A DNA stretch of 64,000 nt from Dehalococcoidia bacterium (GCA_963667465.2 CAXXDN010000001.1:896001-960000); one strand, 5' to 3'; numbered from the stretch's first letter, positions 9,780-20,112 are shown. Program-made: numbers and translations. The notes: generated from the letters alone by a model not told the origin.

Positions 9780-10511
9780 ATGCTTGGTCCCGACGCGAGC
9801 GTGATGATCTTCGGCGCGCACGCCGCCGACTACTGCTTCCGTGCCGGCGGCACGGCGATCCGTTACCTCCAGGCCGGCGCGCGCGTGAAGGTGGTGAGCG
9901 CCACCTTCGGCGAGCGCGGCGAATCCGCCCCGCGCTGGAAGGAGCCCGGCGCGACCGTCGAGTCCGTGAAGGCGATCCGGCGCTCCGAGGCCGAGGCGGC
10001 CGCGCGGACGCTCGGCGTGGAGATCGAGTTCCTCGACCTGGACGACAACCCGCTCGTGATCGACCAGGAGCGCATGCAGCTCTACATCGACCAGCTCCGC
10101 GACTACAAGCCGGACATCATCCTCACGCACTGGACCTACGAGCCGACGAACCGCGATCACCAGACGGTCGCGGAGACCGTGATCCGCGCGACCGGGCTGG
10201 CCCGAACCCAGGCAACGATGGCCGGTGAGTCGCTGCCGAGGGCGAAGATCTTCCACTTCGAGCCGGACATCCTCAGCCAGCCGATCCTCAGCTACGTGCC
10301 GGACACCTACATCGACATCGGCCCGGTGGTGGAGCAAAAGTTCGAGGCGCTGCGCTGCTTCGCGGTGTCGCAGCCGGGGCTGCTCGACCGCTGGCCGCCG
10401 CACACCGAGGCGCGCGGGGTCGAGGCCTCCGGCATCGGCGGGCTGGCAGGCTGCACGCACGCCGAGTCGTTCCGGCGCTTCCAGCCGTACGCGGGCGACT
10501 ACTTCGTCTGA
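9780..10511 (+). CDS. PIG-L family protein, GalB (4-oxalomesaconate hydratase)-like
   Basis: AHAADY..RAGG, FGERGESA, RRSEAEAAA..LG, NRDH; AGGAGG before ATG 9780. Confidence 0.8.
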   Translation: MLGPDASVMIFGAHAADYCFRAGGTAIRYLQAGARVKVVSATFGERGESAPRWKEPGATVESVKAIRRSEAEAAARTLGVEIEFLDLDDNPLVIDQERMQLYIDQLRDYKPDIILTHWTYEPTNRDHQTVAETVIRATGLARTQATMAGESLPRAKIFHFEPDILSQPILSYVPDTYIDIGPVVEQKFEALRCFAVSQPGLLDRWPPHTEARGVEASGIGGLAGCTHAESFRRFQPYAGDYFV

Positions 10512-10542
10512 GCGCGGCTGCCGCGGCTAGCGTCGGCGGGCG

Positions 10543-11604
10543 CTACGCGAGAGCCTCGAGGCGCAGCTCGTACCAGCCGTCCCAGGCCGCGCCGGGCTCC
10601 AGCACGATCAGGCCCGGGTCCGGGACGCCCCCGGTCATCAGGTTGAAGGCGTTCGGCATGCAGGTGTGCGGCTCGAACGAGACGACCGGCGCGTCGGGCG
10701 GCGTGTAGAAGACGATCGCGCTCAGCCCCTCGCTGGCGTCGAGCGTGGCCTGAAGGCCGTTCGTGCGGTCGGTCAGGCGGCCGCGCATTCCACTCGCCGC
10801 GCCTCCCGATTCGCCACGGAGTATGAACTTGTGGTTGCGGGCCGGGCCCGCCGCCGTGTTCGCGTTCGGCGTGAGCGCCGAGAGCGGCAGCGCGCGGCGC
10901 GGCCATTCGGCCGCCGCCACCGGCGAGACCACGGCCGGAGGCGTCGAGGTGCTCTCCCAGCGCTCCGTCGCTGCGAGGGCGACCGCGCAGTCCTCGGCGC
11001 TCCCGGCGGGACCGAGGGGTGTAGGGAAGTAGGGGTGAAAGCCGAGGCCGAACGGCATCGGCTCGTCCGAGGCGTTCTCGATGCGCACCTCGATGCGCAG
11101 CCGTCCGTCGCGCAGCACGACGCGCAGCTCGCAGCCGAAGGCCCATGGCCAGGCGCTGGCGGGGATGCCGTCCTCGAGACTCGCGAGGCGCGTGGTGACC
11201 CAGGCGCCGTCCTCGGAGTCCGCGCCGGAGTCGATGACGCGCCAGGCGCGCCAGCGCACGGCGCCGTGCATCGCGTTGCCTGCCTGCGGGTCCGCCGGCA
11301 GCTCGATGCGGCGACCGCGGAACTCGAAGGCGTCGCCGCTGACCCGGCCGGGGTAGGGGAAGAGCATCCCGGCGCCCCAGCGCGTCGGCAGCCGGCTGAG
11401 CGTCTCGAGGGTCGGCGGGCCCGCGATCACCTCGACCAGGTCGCCCTCCGGGTCGCCTGCGGGGCGCGTGGCGAAGCGCGTCACGTTGCTGCCGCGCGAG
11501 GGCACGACGTGCGCGATCGAGCCCGTCGCGGGCTCGTGCAAGCGGACGACCACGTGGTCCTCGATGGTGACGGTGTCGACGGAGGGGGCGGCGGGGGTGG
11601 GCAT
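10543..11604 (-). CDS. Aldose 1-epimerase family protein
   Basis: LFPYPGRV, NAMHG, GLGFHPYF, SFEPHTC.PNAFN. Confidence 0.9.
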   Translation of the reverse strand: MPTPAAPSVDTVTIEDHVVVRLHEPATGSIAHVVPSRGSNVTRFATRPAGDPEGDLVEVIAGPPTLETLSRLPTRWGAGMLFPYPGRVSGDAFEFRGRRIELPADPQAGNAMHGAVRWRAWRVIDSGADSEDGAWVTTRLASLEDGIPASAWPWAFGCELRVVLRDGRLRIEVRIENASDEPMPFGLGFHPYFPTPLGPAGSAEDCAVALAATERWESTSTPPAVVSPVAAAEWPRRALPLSALTPNANTAAGPARNHKFILRGESGGAASGMRGRLTDRTNGLQATLDASEGLSAIVFYTPPDAPVVSFEPHTCMPNAFNLMTGGVPDPGLIVLEPGAAWDGWYELRLEALA

Positions 11605-11622
11605 GCCGGTCGGTGGGTGCGG

Positions 11623-12468
11623 CTACGCGGTCTCGGTGCGCCAGCTGTGCTGCGGGCGGTAGCCGAGCATGCGCTTCGCTTTCGCGCAGCTGATCGGGCC
11701 CTCGGTACCCGTGAGGCCCGCGCAGGCGGCCTCGCTGCCGGGGAAGCGGCGTGGGAAGGCGGTGGCGAGCGGCTCGCGGCTCATCGCGTCGTCGGCGGTG
11801 ATGAAGAAGCGGTCGTGCTCGATCGCTGTGTCCTCGAGGGCGGCCCGCACCGCGCGCGCGAAGTCACGAGCGTCGACGTAGGCGAGGATGCCCCCGCCGT
11901 TCTCGAGCATCCTCGGCACGCGCTCGGCGTAGTCCTCGGGGCCGACGACGCTGGTCGGCCGCAGCACGATGCTGCGGATGCCGGTGCGGCGCGTCGCGGC
12001 CTCGAGGATCTCCTCGCCGAGCCACTTGGAGAGGCCGTAGGCGTCCTGCGGGCGCAGCGGGTGCTCCTCGTCCATCGGCATGTAGTCGGGGACCATGTCG
12101 CGGAAGCGGAAGGCGAAGCCGAGCGCGGAGCCGCTGCTGCTATAGATCACCTTCCGCGCGTCCTGGCGAATCGCCGCCTCGACGACGTTGAAGGTGCTCG
12201 TCATGTTGTTGGCGAAGACGTCCTCCGGCTCGCGCCCGATTGGCGAAGGGATCGCCGCGAGGTGCACGATCGCCTCGGCGCCCTCGGCCACCCGTGCGAC
12301 CGCCTCGACGTCGGTCAGGTCGGCCTGCTCGTAGCGCACACCCGGGCGGACGGCGTCCGGGGGCGGCGAGTCCTCCAGGCCGGCGACGATGACCTCGTGG
12401 TCGTCGCGCAGCTCCTCGACGACCCAGCGTCCGAGGCGACCGCTGCCGCCGGTGATGAGCAGTCTCAC
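11623..12468 (-). CDS. NAD-dependent epimerase/dehydratase
   Basis: ITGGSGRLG, VHLAA, YGLSK. Confidence 0.9.
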   Translation of the reverse strand: MRLLITGGSGRLGRWVVEELRDDHEVIVAGLEDSPPPDAVRPGVRYEQADLTDVEAVARVAEGAEAIVHLAAIPSPIGREPEDVFANNMTSTFNVVEAAIRQDARKVIYSSSGSALGFAFRFRDMVPDYMPMDEEHPLRPQDAYGLSKWLGEEILEAATRRTGIRSIVLRPTSVVGPEDYAERVPRMLENGGGILAYVDARDFARAVRAALEDTAIEHDRFFITADDAMSREPLATAFPRRFPGSEAACAGLTGTEGPISCAKAKRMLGYRPQHSWRTETA

Positions 12469-12475
12469 CGTGCGC

Positions 12476-13498
12476 TCATCGATCGAAGTGGAAGCAGATC
12501 TTGCCGCTCGCGGCGTCGTCCGCGAGCTGGAAGCCGCGCGCGCCTTCCTCGATGCTCAGGTCCTCGCTGACGATCGCGTCGAGGTCGATCTGCTTGCGGC
12601 GGACGAAGTCGCAGAGGGTGTCCCACTGGCTCATCGGGTAGATGGTGGAGCCGAAGACGGTGATCTCCCAACGCGTGATCTCGTTGAGCGAGGTCTGGAA
12701 GGTCGGGTTGCCCAGCCCGACCAGCGCCGCCGTACCCAGCGGCCGCACGATGCTGCTGATCGCCTCGTGCGCGGGTGTCGCCCCCGAGGTCTCGACGAGC
12801 TTGTCCGCGCCGTCCGGCCAGTGCGCCTTCACGGCTGCGCCGATCTCGCCGGCCGTCGGGTCGAGCGTGGCGGCCGCGCCGAGGTCCGAGGCGAGACTGC
12901 GGCGGCTCTCGACGGGGTCGATGCCGATCACCTCGGCGCCCATCGCGATCGCGAACTGCGTGGCCAGCAGGCCGACCGGGCCGAGGCCGGAGACGGCGAT
13001 GCGGTCGAGGCCACCCGCTCCGAGCCGCACGAGCGGCGCGAAGGCGGTGCCGCCCTGGCAGGCGAGGATGCTGCCCGCGCGGTAGCTGACATCGTCCGGC
13101 AGCCGCATGGTTGCGCTCGCATCGGCGGTCATCAGCTCGGCGTCGGAGCCGCCCGCGCCGAAGCCGTAGCCCGGCCGGATGATGGCGCAGACGTGGTTGT
13201 TGCCGGTGATGCAGTAGCGGCAGGTCCCGCAAGTGCGGCGGAAGTAGACGACAGCCCGGTCGCCGACCGACCAGCCCTCGACGCCGTCGCCGACGGCGGC
13301 GACGACCCCACAGCCCTCGTGGCCGGGGGTGACCGCGTTGTCGATGAACGCGGGGCGGGGGTTGCGGTAGATGTGCAGGTCGCTGCCGCAGATCGCCGAG
13401 GCCTGCATCGCGATCAGCAGCTCGCCTGGCCCCGGCTCCGGATCCGGCTTGTCGACGACCTCGATTGCTCGTTCCCCGACGATGCTCAATGCGCGCAC
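12476..13498 (-). CDS. Zinc-dependent alcohol dehydrogenase (MDR)
   Basis: ICGSDLH, GHEGCG, CGTCRYC..G...C, GLGPVG. Confidence 0.92.
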   Translation of the reverse strand: MRALSIVGERAIEVVDKPDPEPGPGELLIAMQASAICGSDLHIYRNPRPAFIDNAVTPGHEGCGVVAAVGDGVEGWSVGDRAVVYFRRTCGTCRYCITGNNHVCAIIRPGYGFGAGGSDAELMTADASATMRLPDDVSYRAGSILACQGGTAFAPLVRLGAGGLDRIAVSGLGPVGLLATQFAIAMGAEVIGIDPVESRRSLASDLGAAATLDPTAGEIGAAVKAHWPDGADKLVETSGATPAHEAISSIVRPLGTAALVGLGNPTFQTSLNEITRWEITVFGSTIYPMSQWDTLCDFVRRKQIDLDAIVSEDLSIEEGARGFQLADDAASGKICFHFDR

Positions 13499-13556
13499 GG
13501 CGGCTCCTTCCCGGGCTCGGTGTGCTGGTGTGGTTGCGCGCGTCCCGCGCGCGGGG

Positions 13557-14510
13557 TCAACCGGCGCGGATGCGCGGGTCGATGACGAGGTAGGAGAGGT
13601 CGATCAGGATGTTCATCACGATGAACGAGACGCCGTAGAGGAAGACCAGGCTCTGGATCAGCGGCCAGTCGCTCGACTGTACGGCGACGATCAGCGAGAG
13701 GCCGATGCCCGGCACCGAGAAGGCCTGCTCGACGGCGACGGCGCCGCCCATCAGCCCGCCGAGTGCGAGCCCGGAGATGGTCACGACCGGGATGACGGAG
13801 TTGCGGATGACGTGACCCATCAGCACCCGCTGCTCGGTCAGCCCCTTCGCGCGCGCGGTGCGCACGAACTCGCTGGAGAGCACGTCGAGCGCGGAGGAGC
13901 GCATCACGCGTGCGAACACCGCCCCGAGGTTGACACCCATGACGAGCGCAGGGCCGATCGTCATCTGGAAGTTGGACCACGGGTCTGTCCAGAGGTGCGT
14001 GTAGATGAGCGGTGGCCGCCATGCGAACCAGATCACCGCGATGATGATGACCAGCAGCCCCATCAGGAAGGCCGGCATGGCGAGCAGCAGCACGGCGAAG
14101 AACCTCGAGATGTAGTCACCCACCGAGTTCTGTCTGACCGCGCCGTAGATCCCTAATGGGACGCCCATGAGCCAGCCCGTGGCGATCGCCATGAGGCCGA
14201 TCTGGAAGCTGACCGGGCCGCGGTGGCGGACGATCTCGATCACGGGCGTGCTGGCAACGAAGGAGGTGCCGAGGTCTCCGCGCGCCAGACCGCCTACCCA
14301 GGTGAGGTACTGAATGTGCAGGGGGCGGTCGATGCCGAGGATCTCACGCAGCCGTTGGCGTTGATCCTCGGTGAAGACGGATCCGCCCTGGTCGTCCTCG
14401 ATCTCGGTGGGGTCGCCGGGGATGATCCGGATCGACGCGAAAATAATGAGCGAGATCCCGATCAGGGTCGGGATCCCGAGCAGCAGCCTGCGGGCGACGT
14501 ATTTCCACAT
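13557..14510 (-). CDS. Peptide/nickel-type ABC transporter permease (DppB-like)
   Basis: GDLGTS, FVRTARAKGL EAA loop, multiple TM segments. Confidence 0.92.
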   Translation of the reverse strand: MWKYVARRLLLGIPTLIGISLIIFASIRIIPGDPTEIEDDQGGSVFTEDQRQRLREILGIDRPLHIQYLTWVGGLARGDLGTSFVASTPVIEIVRHRGPVSFQIGLMAIATGWLMGVPLGIYGAVRQNSVGDYISRFFAVLLLAMPAFLMGLLVIIIAVIWFAWRPPLIYTHLWTDPWSNFQMTIGPALVMGVNLGAVFARVMRSSALDVLSSEFVRTARAKGLTEQRVLMGHVIRNSVIPVVTISGLALGGLMGGAVAVEQAFSVPGIGLSLIVAVQSSDWPLIQSLVFLYGVSFIVMNILIDLSYLVIDPRIRAG

Positions 14511-14563
14511 CGTTACCCCGCAGGCTGCTGTCGGTTCTCAGCTCTCCTGATTTTGGCTGAAGA

Positions 14564-16429
14564 CTACTTGTCCAGCCAGAAGAGGTCCCAGGTGCCTTCC
14601 TCGGTGAACCCGCGGACTTCCTCCATGTGACCCATCAGCTCGTTCGCGGCCATCGCGTTGTGCTTCGTGAAGGCCACGACGTAGAACGGCGGGTTCTCGT
14701 CGAGAATGTTGAACGCGTTGTTGTACATCTCGATCTTCGCGTCGGTGTCCTGCTCCTCGTCGATGGCGTCGATGAGGCCGTCCATCTCCGGGTTGTTGTA
14801 GTTCCCGAAGTTGCGGAAGCCGCCGCTGCGGATCGCGTCCTTCCAGGCGGTGACGAACTCGCTGATCACCGGTGCGCGGAAGTGCACGGTGAGCACCATG
14901 TCGAAGCCCTCGGGGCCGCCGTTGTTGAGCTCGTCGGTGCGGCCGGAGCCAGCCCGCGGGTCAACGGTGACATCGATGTTGAGCTTCTTCTTGAGCTCGG
15001 CCTGCATCGCCGGAGCGAGAATCTCCGAGTGCGCCTGGTTGGTGTTGGTGACGAGCAGACCGCCGTTGAAGCCGTCCGGGAAGCCGGCGGCCGCCAGCAG
15101 CTGTTTGGCCTCGGTGATCGCCTCGTCGTCCTCGCCGCGGTAGCCCTTGATGGCCTGCAACTGGTCGAACGGCGTCGCCGAGTACGTCGAGTCGGAGACC
15201 CAGCGCGAGCCGGCGAGGCTCATCGACTCGGAGTAGACCTCGATCAGGCCCGGGCGGTTCGGCGCGAGGAAGATCGCGCGCCGCACGCGCTCGTCGTTGT
15301 ACGGGGGCTTGTCGTTGTTCAGGAAGAACGTCAGCGAGGCGCCCGTGCCGTCGTGCTGGAAGACCCCGGCCTTGTCCGAGAAGGACTCGCGGTCCGTGTA
15401 GAAGTCCTTCGGCACGATGTTGGCGTAGTGCGCCTGACCGCCGAGGATGAAGTTCGCACGGTCCGCCCACTGCGTGGTGTGCAGCATGGTGAGCTCGTCG
15501 ATGTACGGCAGATCAGGGTTCCAGTAGTTCGGGTTGGCCGAGAAGCGGGTCAGCTCCTCGGTCCGGTGCTCCTCGAAGATGAAGGGGCCGGTACCGGGCG
15601 CCGGCGTGGCGGCCATGTCGACCGGGTTCACCTTGATGTGCTGCTCCGAGTAGACACCCACCTGCGGCGCCGAAAGCATCTGCAGGAAGTACCCGCGCGG
15701 CGACTTCATGCCAACGCGCACGGTCGACTCGTCCGCGGCGAGCGCGCTGCCCACGTAGTTGAACCCGCCGGCGTATCTGCTCGGGAAGCCCTCCTCGACC
15801 GAGGTGAACTCGCCGAGCGCCATGTGGCGGCGGATGGACATCGCCACGTCCTCGGACGTCATTGGCGTGCCGTCGTGGAACTGGACACCGTCGCGGATGG
15901 TGAAGCTGTAGAGCAGGCCGTCCGGAGAGCTCTCCCACGTGGTGGCGAGTGCCGGGATGACCGACTTGAGGCCGTCCAGCGGGTTGAGACGCGTCACGGT
16001 GTCGTAGGACTGCGACATGATGCCGCGGTGCCCCCCGTGGAACAGGTCGAAGTTCGGCAGGCGCGCCCAGAACGAGGTGACTACCGAGCCACCACGCTTC
16101 GGCTCGCCCGGCGCTGCCAGCATGCCGGCGTCCGGCTCCGGCGGCGGGGTCGGCGCCTCGGTCGGCGCAGGGGTGATCCGCGTCGGAGCGCCCCTCGGAG
16201 TGCCGGTCGGCGTCGCCTCGGCCGGGGCCGCCGTCGCGGCCGTGGTCGGCGCTGCGGTCGGCGCCGCGGTCGGGGCGGCCGTCGCGGCCGGCGCCTCGTC
16301 GTCGTCGTCACCGCAGCCGATCAGCGCGGCGGCCGCGAGGCCTGCGCCTCCGAGGAGGCCTCCTCGCAGCACGTTGCGGCGGCTGACCGAGGTCGTCCAC
16401 CAGCGGCCGTTCTTGTGCTCTTCGCTCAT
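14564..16429 (-). CDS. ABC substrate-binding protein family 5, Tat-exported lipoprotein
   Basis: SRRNVL Tat motif, LIGC lipobox, Ala/Pro/Thr linker, GVQFHDG, PGTGPF, NPNYW. Confidence 0.92.
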   Translation of the reverse strand: MSEEHKNGRWWTTSVSRRNVLRGGLLGGAGLAAAALIGCGDDDDEAPAATAAPTAAPTAAPTTAATAAPAEATPTGTPRGAPTRITPAPTEAPTPPPEPDAGMLAAPGEPKRGGSVVTSFWARLPNFDLFHGGHRGIMSQSYDTVTRLNPLDGLKSVIPALATTWESSPDGLLYSFTIRDGVQFHDGTPMTSEDVAMSIRRHMALGEFTSVEEGFPSRYAGGFNYVGSALAADESTVRVGMKSPRGYFLQMLSAPQVGVYSEQHIKVNPVDMAATPAPGTGPFIFEEHRTEELTRFSANPNYWNPDLPYIDELTMLHTTQWADRANFILGGQAHYANIVPKDFYTDRESFSDKAGVFQHDGTGASLTFFLNNDKPPYNDERVRRAIFLAPNRPGLIEVYSESMSLAGSRWVSDSTYSATPFDQLQAIKGYRGEDDEAITEAKQLLAAAGFPDGFNGGLLVTNTNQAHSEILAPAMQAELKKKLNIDVTVDPRAGSGRTDELNNGGPEGFDMVLTVHFRAPVISEFVTAWKDAIRSGGFRNFGNYNNPEMDGLIDAIDEEQDTDAKIEMYNNAFNILDENPPFYVVAFTKHNAMAANELMGHMEEVRGFTEEGTWDLFWLDK

Positions 16430-16547
16430 CTGCTCCCCCTCCCGTGTGGCTGTGCCACTACGGCTATTACCCGGATCCGGGCTTCGTCTTCTACTGTACG
16501 TTTCCCGTAGGGCAGCAGATTACCTGCGCCAGCCGGTAACCGTCTAC

Positions 16548-16621
16548 CCTCCGTGGCCTCCGTGGCCTCCGTGGCCTCCGTGGCCTCCGTGGCCTCCGTG
16601 GCCTCCGTGCGCCTCCGTGCG
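16548..16621. repeat. Intergenic tandem repeat (CCTCCGTGG)x6 + (CCTCCGTGCG)x2
   Basis: Read directly from the sequence. Confidence 0.95.
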
Positions 16622-16658
16622 CCGCCGGGGGCGTCCGCCGGACCCGCGCAAAACGTCC

Positions 16659-17855
16659 TCAGGCCGTGATCTCCATGCGCTCCTCGACCCGCGACTCGTC
16701 GATGGCCATGCCGACGCCGGGCGTGTCCGGGACCAGCAGTTGGCCGTTCTCGCGGCGGACCGGGTCGGCGAGGAAGAACTCGTGGATCTGGTTCCACTTG
16801 ATCAGATCCTCGGCCAGCGGGCAGACGTTCGGCGGTTGCGAGGCCTGCAACTGGATGTTCGCCGAGACGGAGTGCCCGTGCGGGATCACGGGGATGTCGG
16901 CGACCGAGGCGAGCGTGCAGATCTTCTCCAGCTCGGAGAGGCCGCCGGCCCAGTAGGTGTCCGGCTGCAGCACGTCGCACGCCTCCGCATCGATCAGCAA
17001 CTGGATGCCCCAGCGCGTGTACTCGTGCTCGCCGGTCGAGATCGGCACGGGCGAGTTGCGGCGGATCCTGGCGTGGCTGGCGATGCGGTCCGGCAGCACG
17101 GGCTCCTCGATCCAGCGCGGCCGGTACTGCTCGAGGCGCTTCGCCATCGCGATCGTGTAGTCCGGGTTCCAGCTCATCCAGGCGTCGAGCATGATCTCGG
17201 TGTCGTCACCGGCGGCCTCGCGGATCGTGCGCACCAGCAACTCGTTTTGCTCCATGCCCCAGCGCCCGTCGGCGGGGCCGCGCTTGAAGAACCACTTCTG
17301 CGCCGTGTAGCCCGCTTCCGCGAACTCGCGCGCGCGCTTCGCCACCAGGTCCGGCTCGACCGAGAAGCCGAGGGTGCTCGCGTAGGCGGGGATGGAGTCG
17401 CGCGTGGGGCCGCCCATCAGCCGGTAGGCGGGCTGACCGAGCGCGCTGCCCTTGAGGTCCCAGAGGGCGCAGTCGATGGCGCTGATCGCCATCATCGTGT
17501 TGCCCTTGCGGCCGTGCACGGCGCTGCGGTGCATCAGGTCCCAGATGCGCTGCGTGGCCAGCGGATCCTCGTCGCGCAGCAGCCCGCCGAAGGTCTGGAG
17601 GATCGACTGCGCCATGCCGCTGCCGATCGGGCCGGCGCGTCCGACCGCGCCATCGTCGGCCTCGATCTCGAGGAACGTGCTCTCGATCAGGTACTGGCCC
17701 TCGGCCGTGCGGGGCAGCACGCGCGGACCGCCCTGGCGGTATGGCTCGTAGATGTCGGTGGGGCGGACGAGGCGGTCTTCCCAGAACTCGCCGGGGTGCT
17801 CCATGGCGCCGGTCAACTGGAAGGCGCGGACGTCGACGATCTTCGAGGGCGTCAA
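16659..17855 (-). CDS. Enolase-superfamily dehydratase (L-rhamnonate dehydratase-like)
   Basis: SAIDCALWDLKG, QKWFF, MLDAWMSW, WIEEP, TGEHE, QPD, IPHG; TTG start overlaps upstream stop (TTGA). Confidence 0.88.
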   Translation of the reverse strand: MTPSKIVDVRAFQLTGAMEHPGEFWEDRLVRPTDIYEPYRQGGPRVLPRTAEGQYLIESTFLEIEADDGAVGRAGPIGSGMAQSILQTFGGLLRDEDPLATQRIWDLMHRSAVHGRKGNTMMAISAIDCALWDLKGSALGQPAYRLMGGPTRDSIPAYASTLGFSVEPDLVAKRAREFAEAGYTAQKWFFKRGPADGRWGMEQNELLVRTIREAAGDDTEIMLDAWMSWNPDYTIAMAKRLEQYRPRWIEEPVLPDRIASHARIRRNSPVPISTGEHEYTRWGIQLLIDAEACDVLQPDTYWAGGLSELEKICTLASVADIPVIPHGHSVSANIQLQASQPPNVCPLAEDLIKWNQIHEFFLADPVRRENGQLLVPDTPGVGMAIDESRVEERMEITA

Positions 17856-19099
17856 ACGCAAACCTCTTCCGCGAGCTGGATGGTGGCGGCGGGGAAGACG
17901 GCGACGCTCGCGGAGTCGCCGTGCTTGTCGCGCAGCCAGCGCTCGACGTCGCCCCACTCGTGCAGCAGCACGATGCGCTCGCGCGCGCCGGGCGGCAGTC
18001 CGTTGCGGTGCAGGCCGGGCATGAAGTAGACGAGGTCTGGCTCGCCCTCGAAGCCGCGCCCGCCGCCTCCGCCGTAGAACGCCATGCCGCGCCCGTAGAG
18101 CGAGTGGAAGCCCGCGCCCTCGACTGTGGAGCCGGCGAGGATGATCGTCCCGCCGGGGCGCACGATCGGCTCGGCGGCGGTCAGGATCGGGTGGAAGCCC
18201 CGGCCGGTTTGCTGGTACTCGGCGTCCTTCGGGTAGGACGAGAGCACGCACACGTCGACGCCCGCCGGGAGCTGCGTCGCGTAGGTGCGGCGCGCGAGCT
18301 CGACGCCCGCGCGGTGCGCTTCGACGAGGTCGCCGACGACGAGCGCGGCGATCCCGCGCTGGATGTTGGGGATCACGTTGACGATGCAGTCGACGCCCGC
18401 CAGCCGCGCGGCCTCCTCGGCGTCGAGGCGCGACTCGCTGGCGGTCTGCACCAGCCCGGTCGTCGGACCCTCCGGGCCGTGCCAGGCGGCTGCCGTGTCG
18501 ATGTGCGCGACGCCCGGCAGGACCAGCTTGGCGCCGCCGGAGAAGCCGGTCTTGTTGTGCGGCACGATGCTGCCGATGAGGATCCGCACCTCGGCAGCCA
18601 TGAACTCGCTGTTGAGGCTGATCGGCGTCCCCCGGCTGGTCTCGCCGACGAAGTCGCAGTTGGCCCACGAGAAGTGCGAGCGCAGCTCGTAGTTGCTCGC
18701 GATCTCCTCGCCGACCTTGAGCACGAAGTCCTCACGCGTCATCTGGCGGTGATTGGCGACGCCCGCGAGGATCAGGATCGAGTTTGCTTCGATACCCGCT
18801 TCGAGCAGCTCCTCGATGACGCGCGGCGCCAGGCGCGAGGCGGGTGTGGGCCGGGTGAGGTCGTCGACGACGATGCAGGCGCTGCGCTTGCCGCGCGCCA
18901 GCTCGCGGATCGGGGCGCTGCCGATCGGGTTGTCGAAGGCGGCTGCGATGCCGTTCTCGCCGATGTCGTCGCCGCCGGCGGGCTCGTGCACGTTCACGTC
19001 CCAGCCGCTGGGGAAGGTCAGTTCGAAGTCACTGTCGCCGTAGAAGGAGCCCCAGCGGATTAGCGCGGTGTTGGCGTCCGCGGGCGCGGAGGTCGTCAC
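17852..19099 (-). CDS. LarA-family (nickel-pincer) racemase/epimerase
   Basis: NPIGS..I, DDLTRPTP, NHRQM, GETSRGTP, PH...GFSGGAK..LPG; GGAGGAG before GTG 19099. Confidence 0.88.
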   Translation of the reverse strand: MTTSAPADANTALIRWGSFYGDSDFELTFPSGWDVNVHEPAGGDDIGENGIAAAFDNPIGSAPIRELARGKRSACIVVDDLTRPTPASRLAPRVIEELLEAGIEANSILILAGVANHRQMTREDFVLKVGEEIASNYELRSHFSWANCDFVGETSRGTPISLNSEFMAAEVRILIGSIVPHNKTGFSGGAKLVLPGVAHIDTAAAWHGPEGPTTGLVQTASESRLDAEEAARLAGVDCIVNVIPNIQRGIAALVVGDLVEAHRAGVELARRTYATQLPAGVDVCVLSSYPKDAEYQQTGRGFHPILTAAEPIVRPGGTIILAGSTVEGAGFHSLYGRGMAFYGGGGGRGFEGEPDLVYFMPGLHRNGLPPGARERIVLLHEWGDVERWLRDKHGDSASVAVFPAATIQLAEEVCV

Positions 19100-20013
19100 T
19101 ACTGGTTCTCCTCCCGGCGCTCGGCGGCGCGTGGGTCTGCGTAGTCGCGAATCGCGTCGCCGAGGAGGTTCATCGAGAGGACCGTGACGACGATCGCCAG
19201 GCCGGGGAAGAAGAACATCCACCACAGCGGCCGGAAGACGTGCGAGGTCTCCGCGCCGAGCATGTTGCCCCAGGTCGGTGTCGGCGGGCGCACGCCCACG
19301 CCGAGGTAGGAGAGCGCGGCCTCGGCGAAGACGGCGAAGCCAAGGTTGATGCTGAAGATCACGAGGAAGAGGCTCAGCGTCTGCGGCGCGACGTGCCGCA
19401 CGGCGACGCGCAGCGGTGTGCTGCCGATGACGCGCGCCGCCTCGACGTACGGTTCCTCCTTGATCGAGAGCACGCGCGAGCGCACGACGCGGGCGGAGTC
19501 GGGAACCCTCGTTACCGCGATGGCGATGATGATGCTGTCCAGGCCCTTGCCGATCGCGACGCCGAGCAGCAGCGCGAGGATCAGCGCGGGAAGCGCGAGC
19601 AGCACCTCGAGGATGCGCTGGCTGATCAGGTCGAAGCGGCCGCCGGCGTAGGCGCTGATGATGCCGATCGTGAAGCCGAAGCCGTCGCCGATCGCCACCG
19701 CGATGAACGCGATGACCAGCGTGGAGCGCGCGCCGTAGATCACGCGCGAGAAGACATCGCGGCCGATCCGGTCCGTGCCGAACCAGTGATCGCCGGACGG
19801 AGCGGCCTTCAGCGCCGAGAAGTCGGCCTCGAACGGGTCGCTGGGAACGTAGAGGGGTGCAAGGGCTGCGGCGGCGATGATGACGACCAGTACGCAGAGC
19901 GCGCCCGCGCCGAGGGGATAGTGCACGAAGAACTTCGCCACGCTCGCGAAGATGCCGTGCTTCTGTTCGGGCGGCACCTCTCCGAGGAGTCGCTCTGCGC
20001 TCGCGTCCGCCAT
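19099..20013 (-). CDS. ABC transporter permease (DppC-like)
   Basis: HWFGTD.IGRDVFSR, YVEAAR.IG, LSYLGVG..PP.PTWG. Confidence 0.93.
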   Translation of the reverse strand: MADASAERLLGEVPPEQKHGIFASVAKFFVHYPLGAGALCVLVVIIAAAALAPLYVPSDPFEADFSALKAAPSGDHWFGTDRIGRDVFSRVIYGARSTLVIAFIAVAIGDGFGFTIGIISAYAGGRFDLISQRILEVLLALPALILALLLGVAIGKGLDSIIIAIAVTRVPDSARVVRSRVLSIKEEPYVEAARVIGSTPLRVAVRHVAPQTLSLFLVIFSINLGFAVFAEAALSYLGVGVRPPTPTWGNMLGAETSHVFRPLWWMFFFPGLAIVVTVLSMNLLGDAIRDYADPRAAERREENQ

Positions 20014-20112
20014 ACAGGTTCCTCGCCTGGCTCGCTGCCGATCAGCGCCGGGAGTGTATCAACCTCCGCGCCAACGTGCGCTCTGATGCGTGTGAGGGCC
20101 CGAGGGCGAGAC

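Noticed and set aside
16548-16621. Coding PPW or TEA peptide repeat
   Set aside because: ORFs spanning it are shadows of neighbouring real genes; the repeat is intergenic
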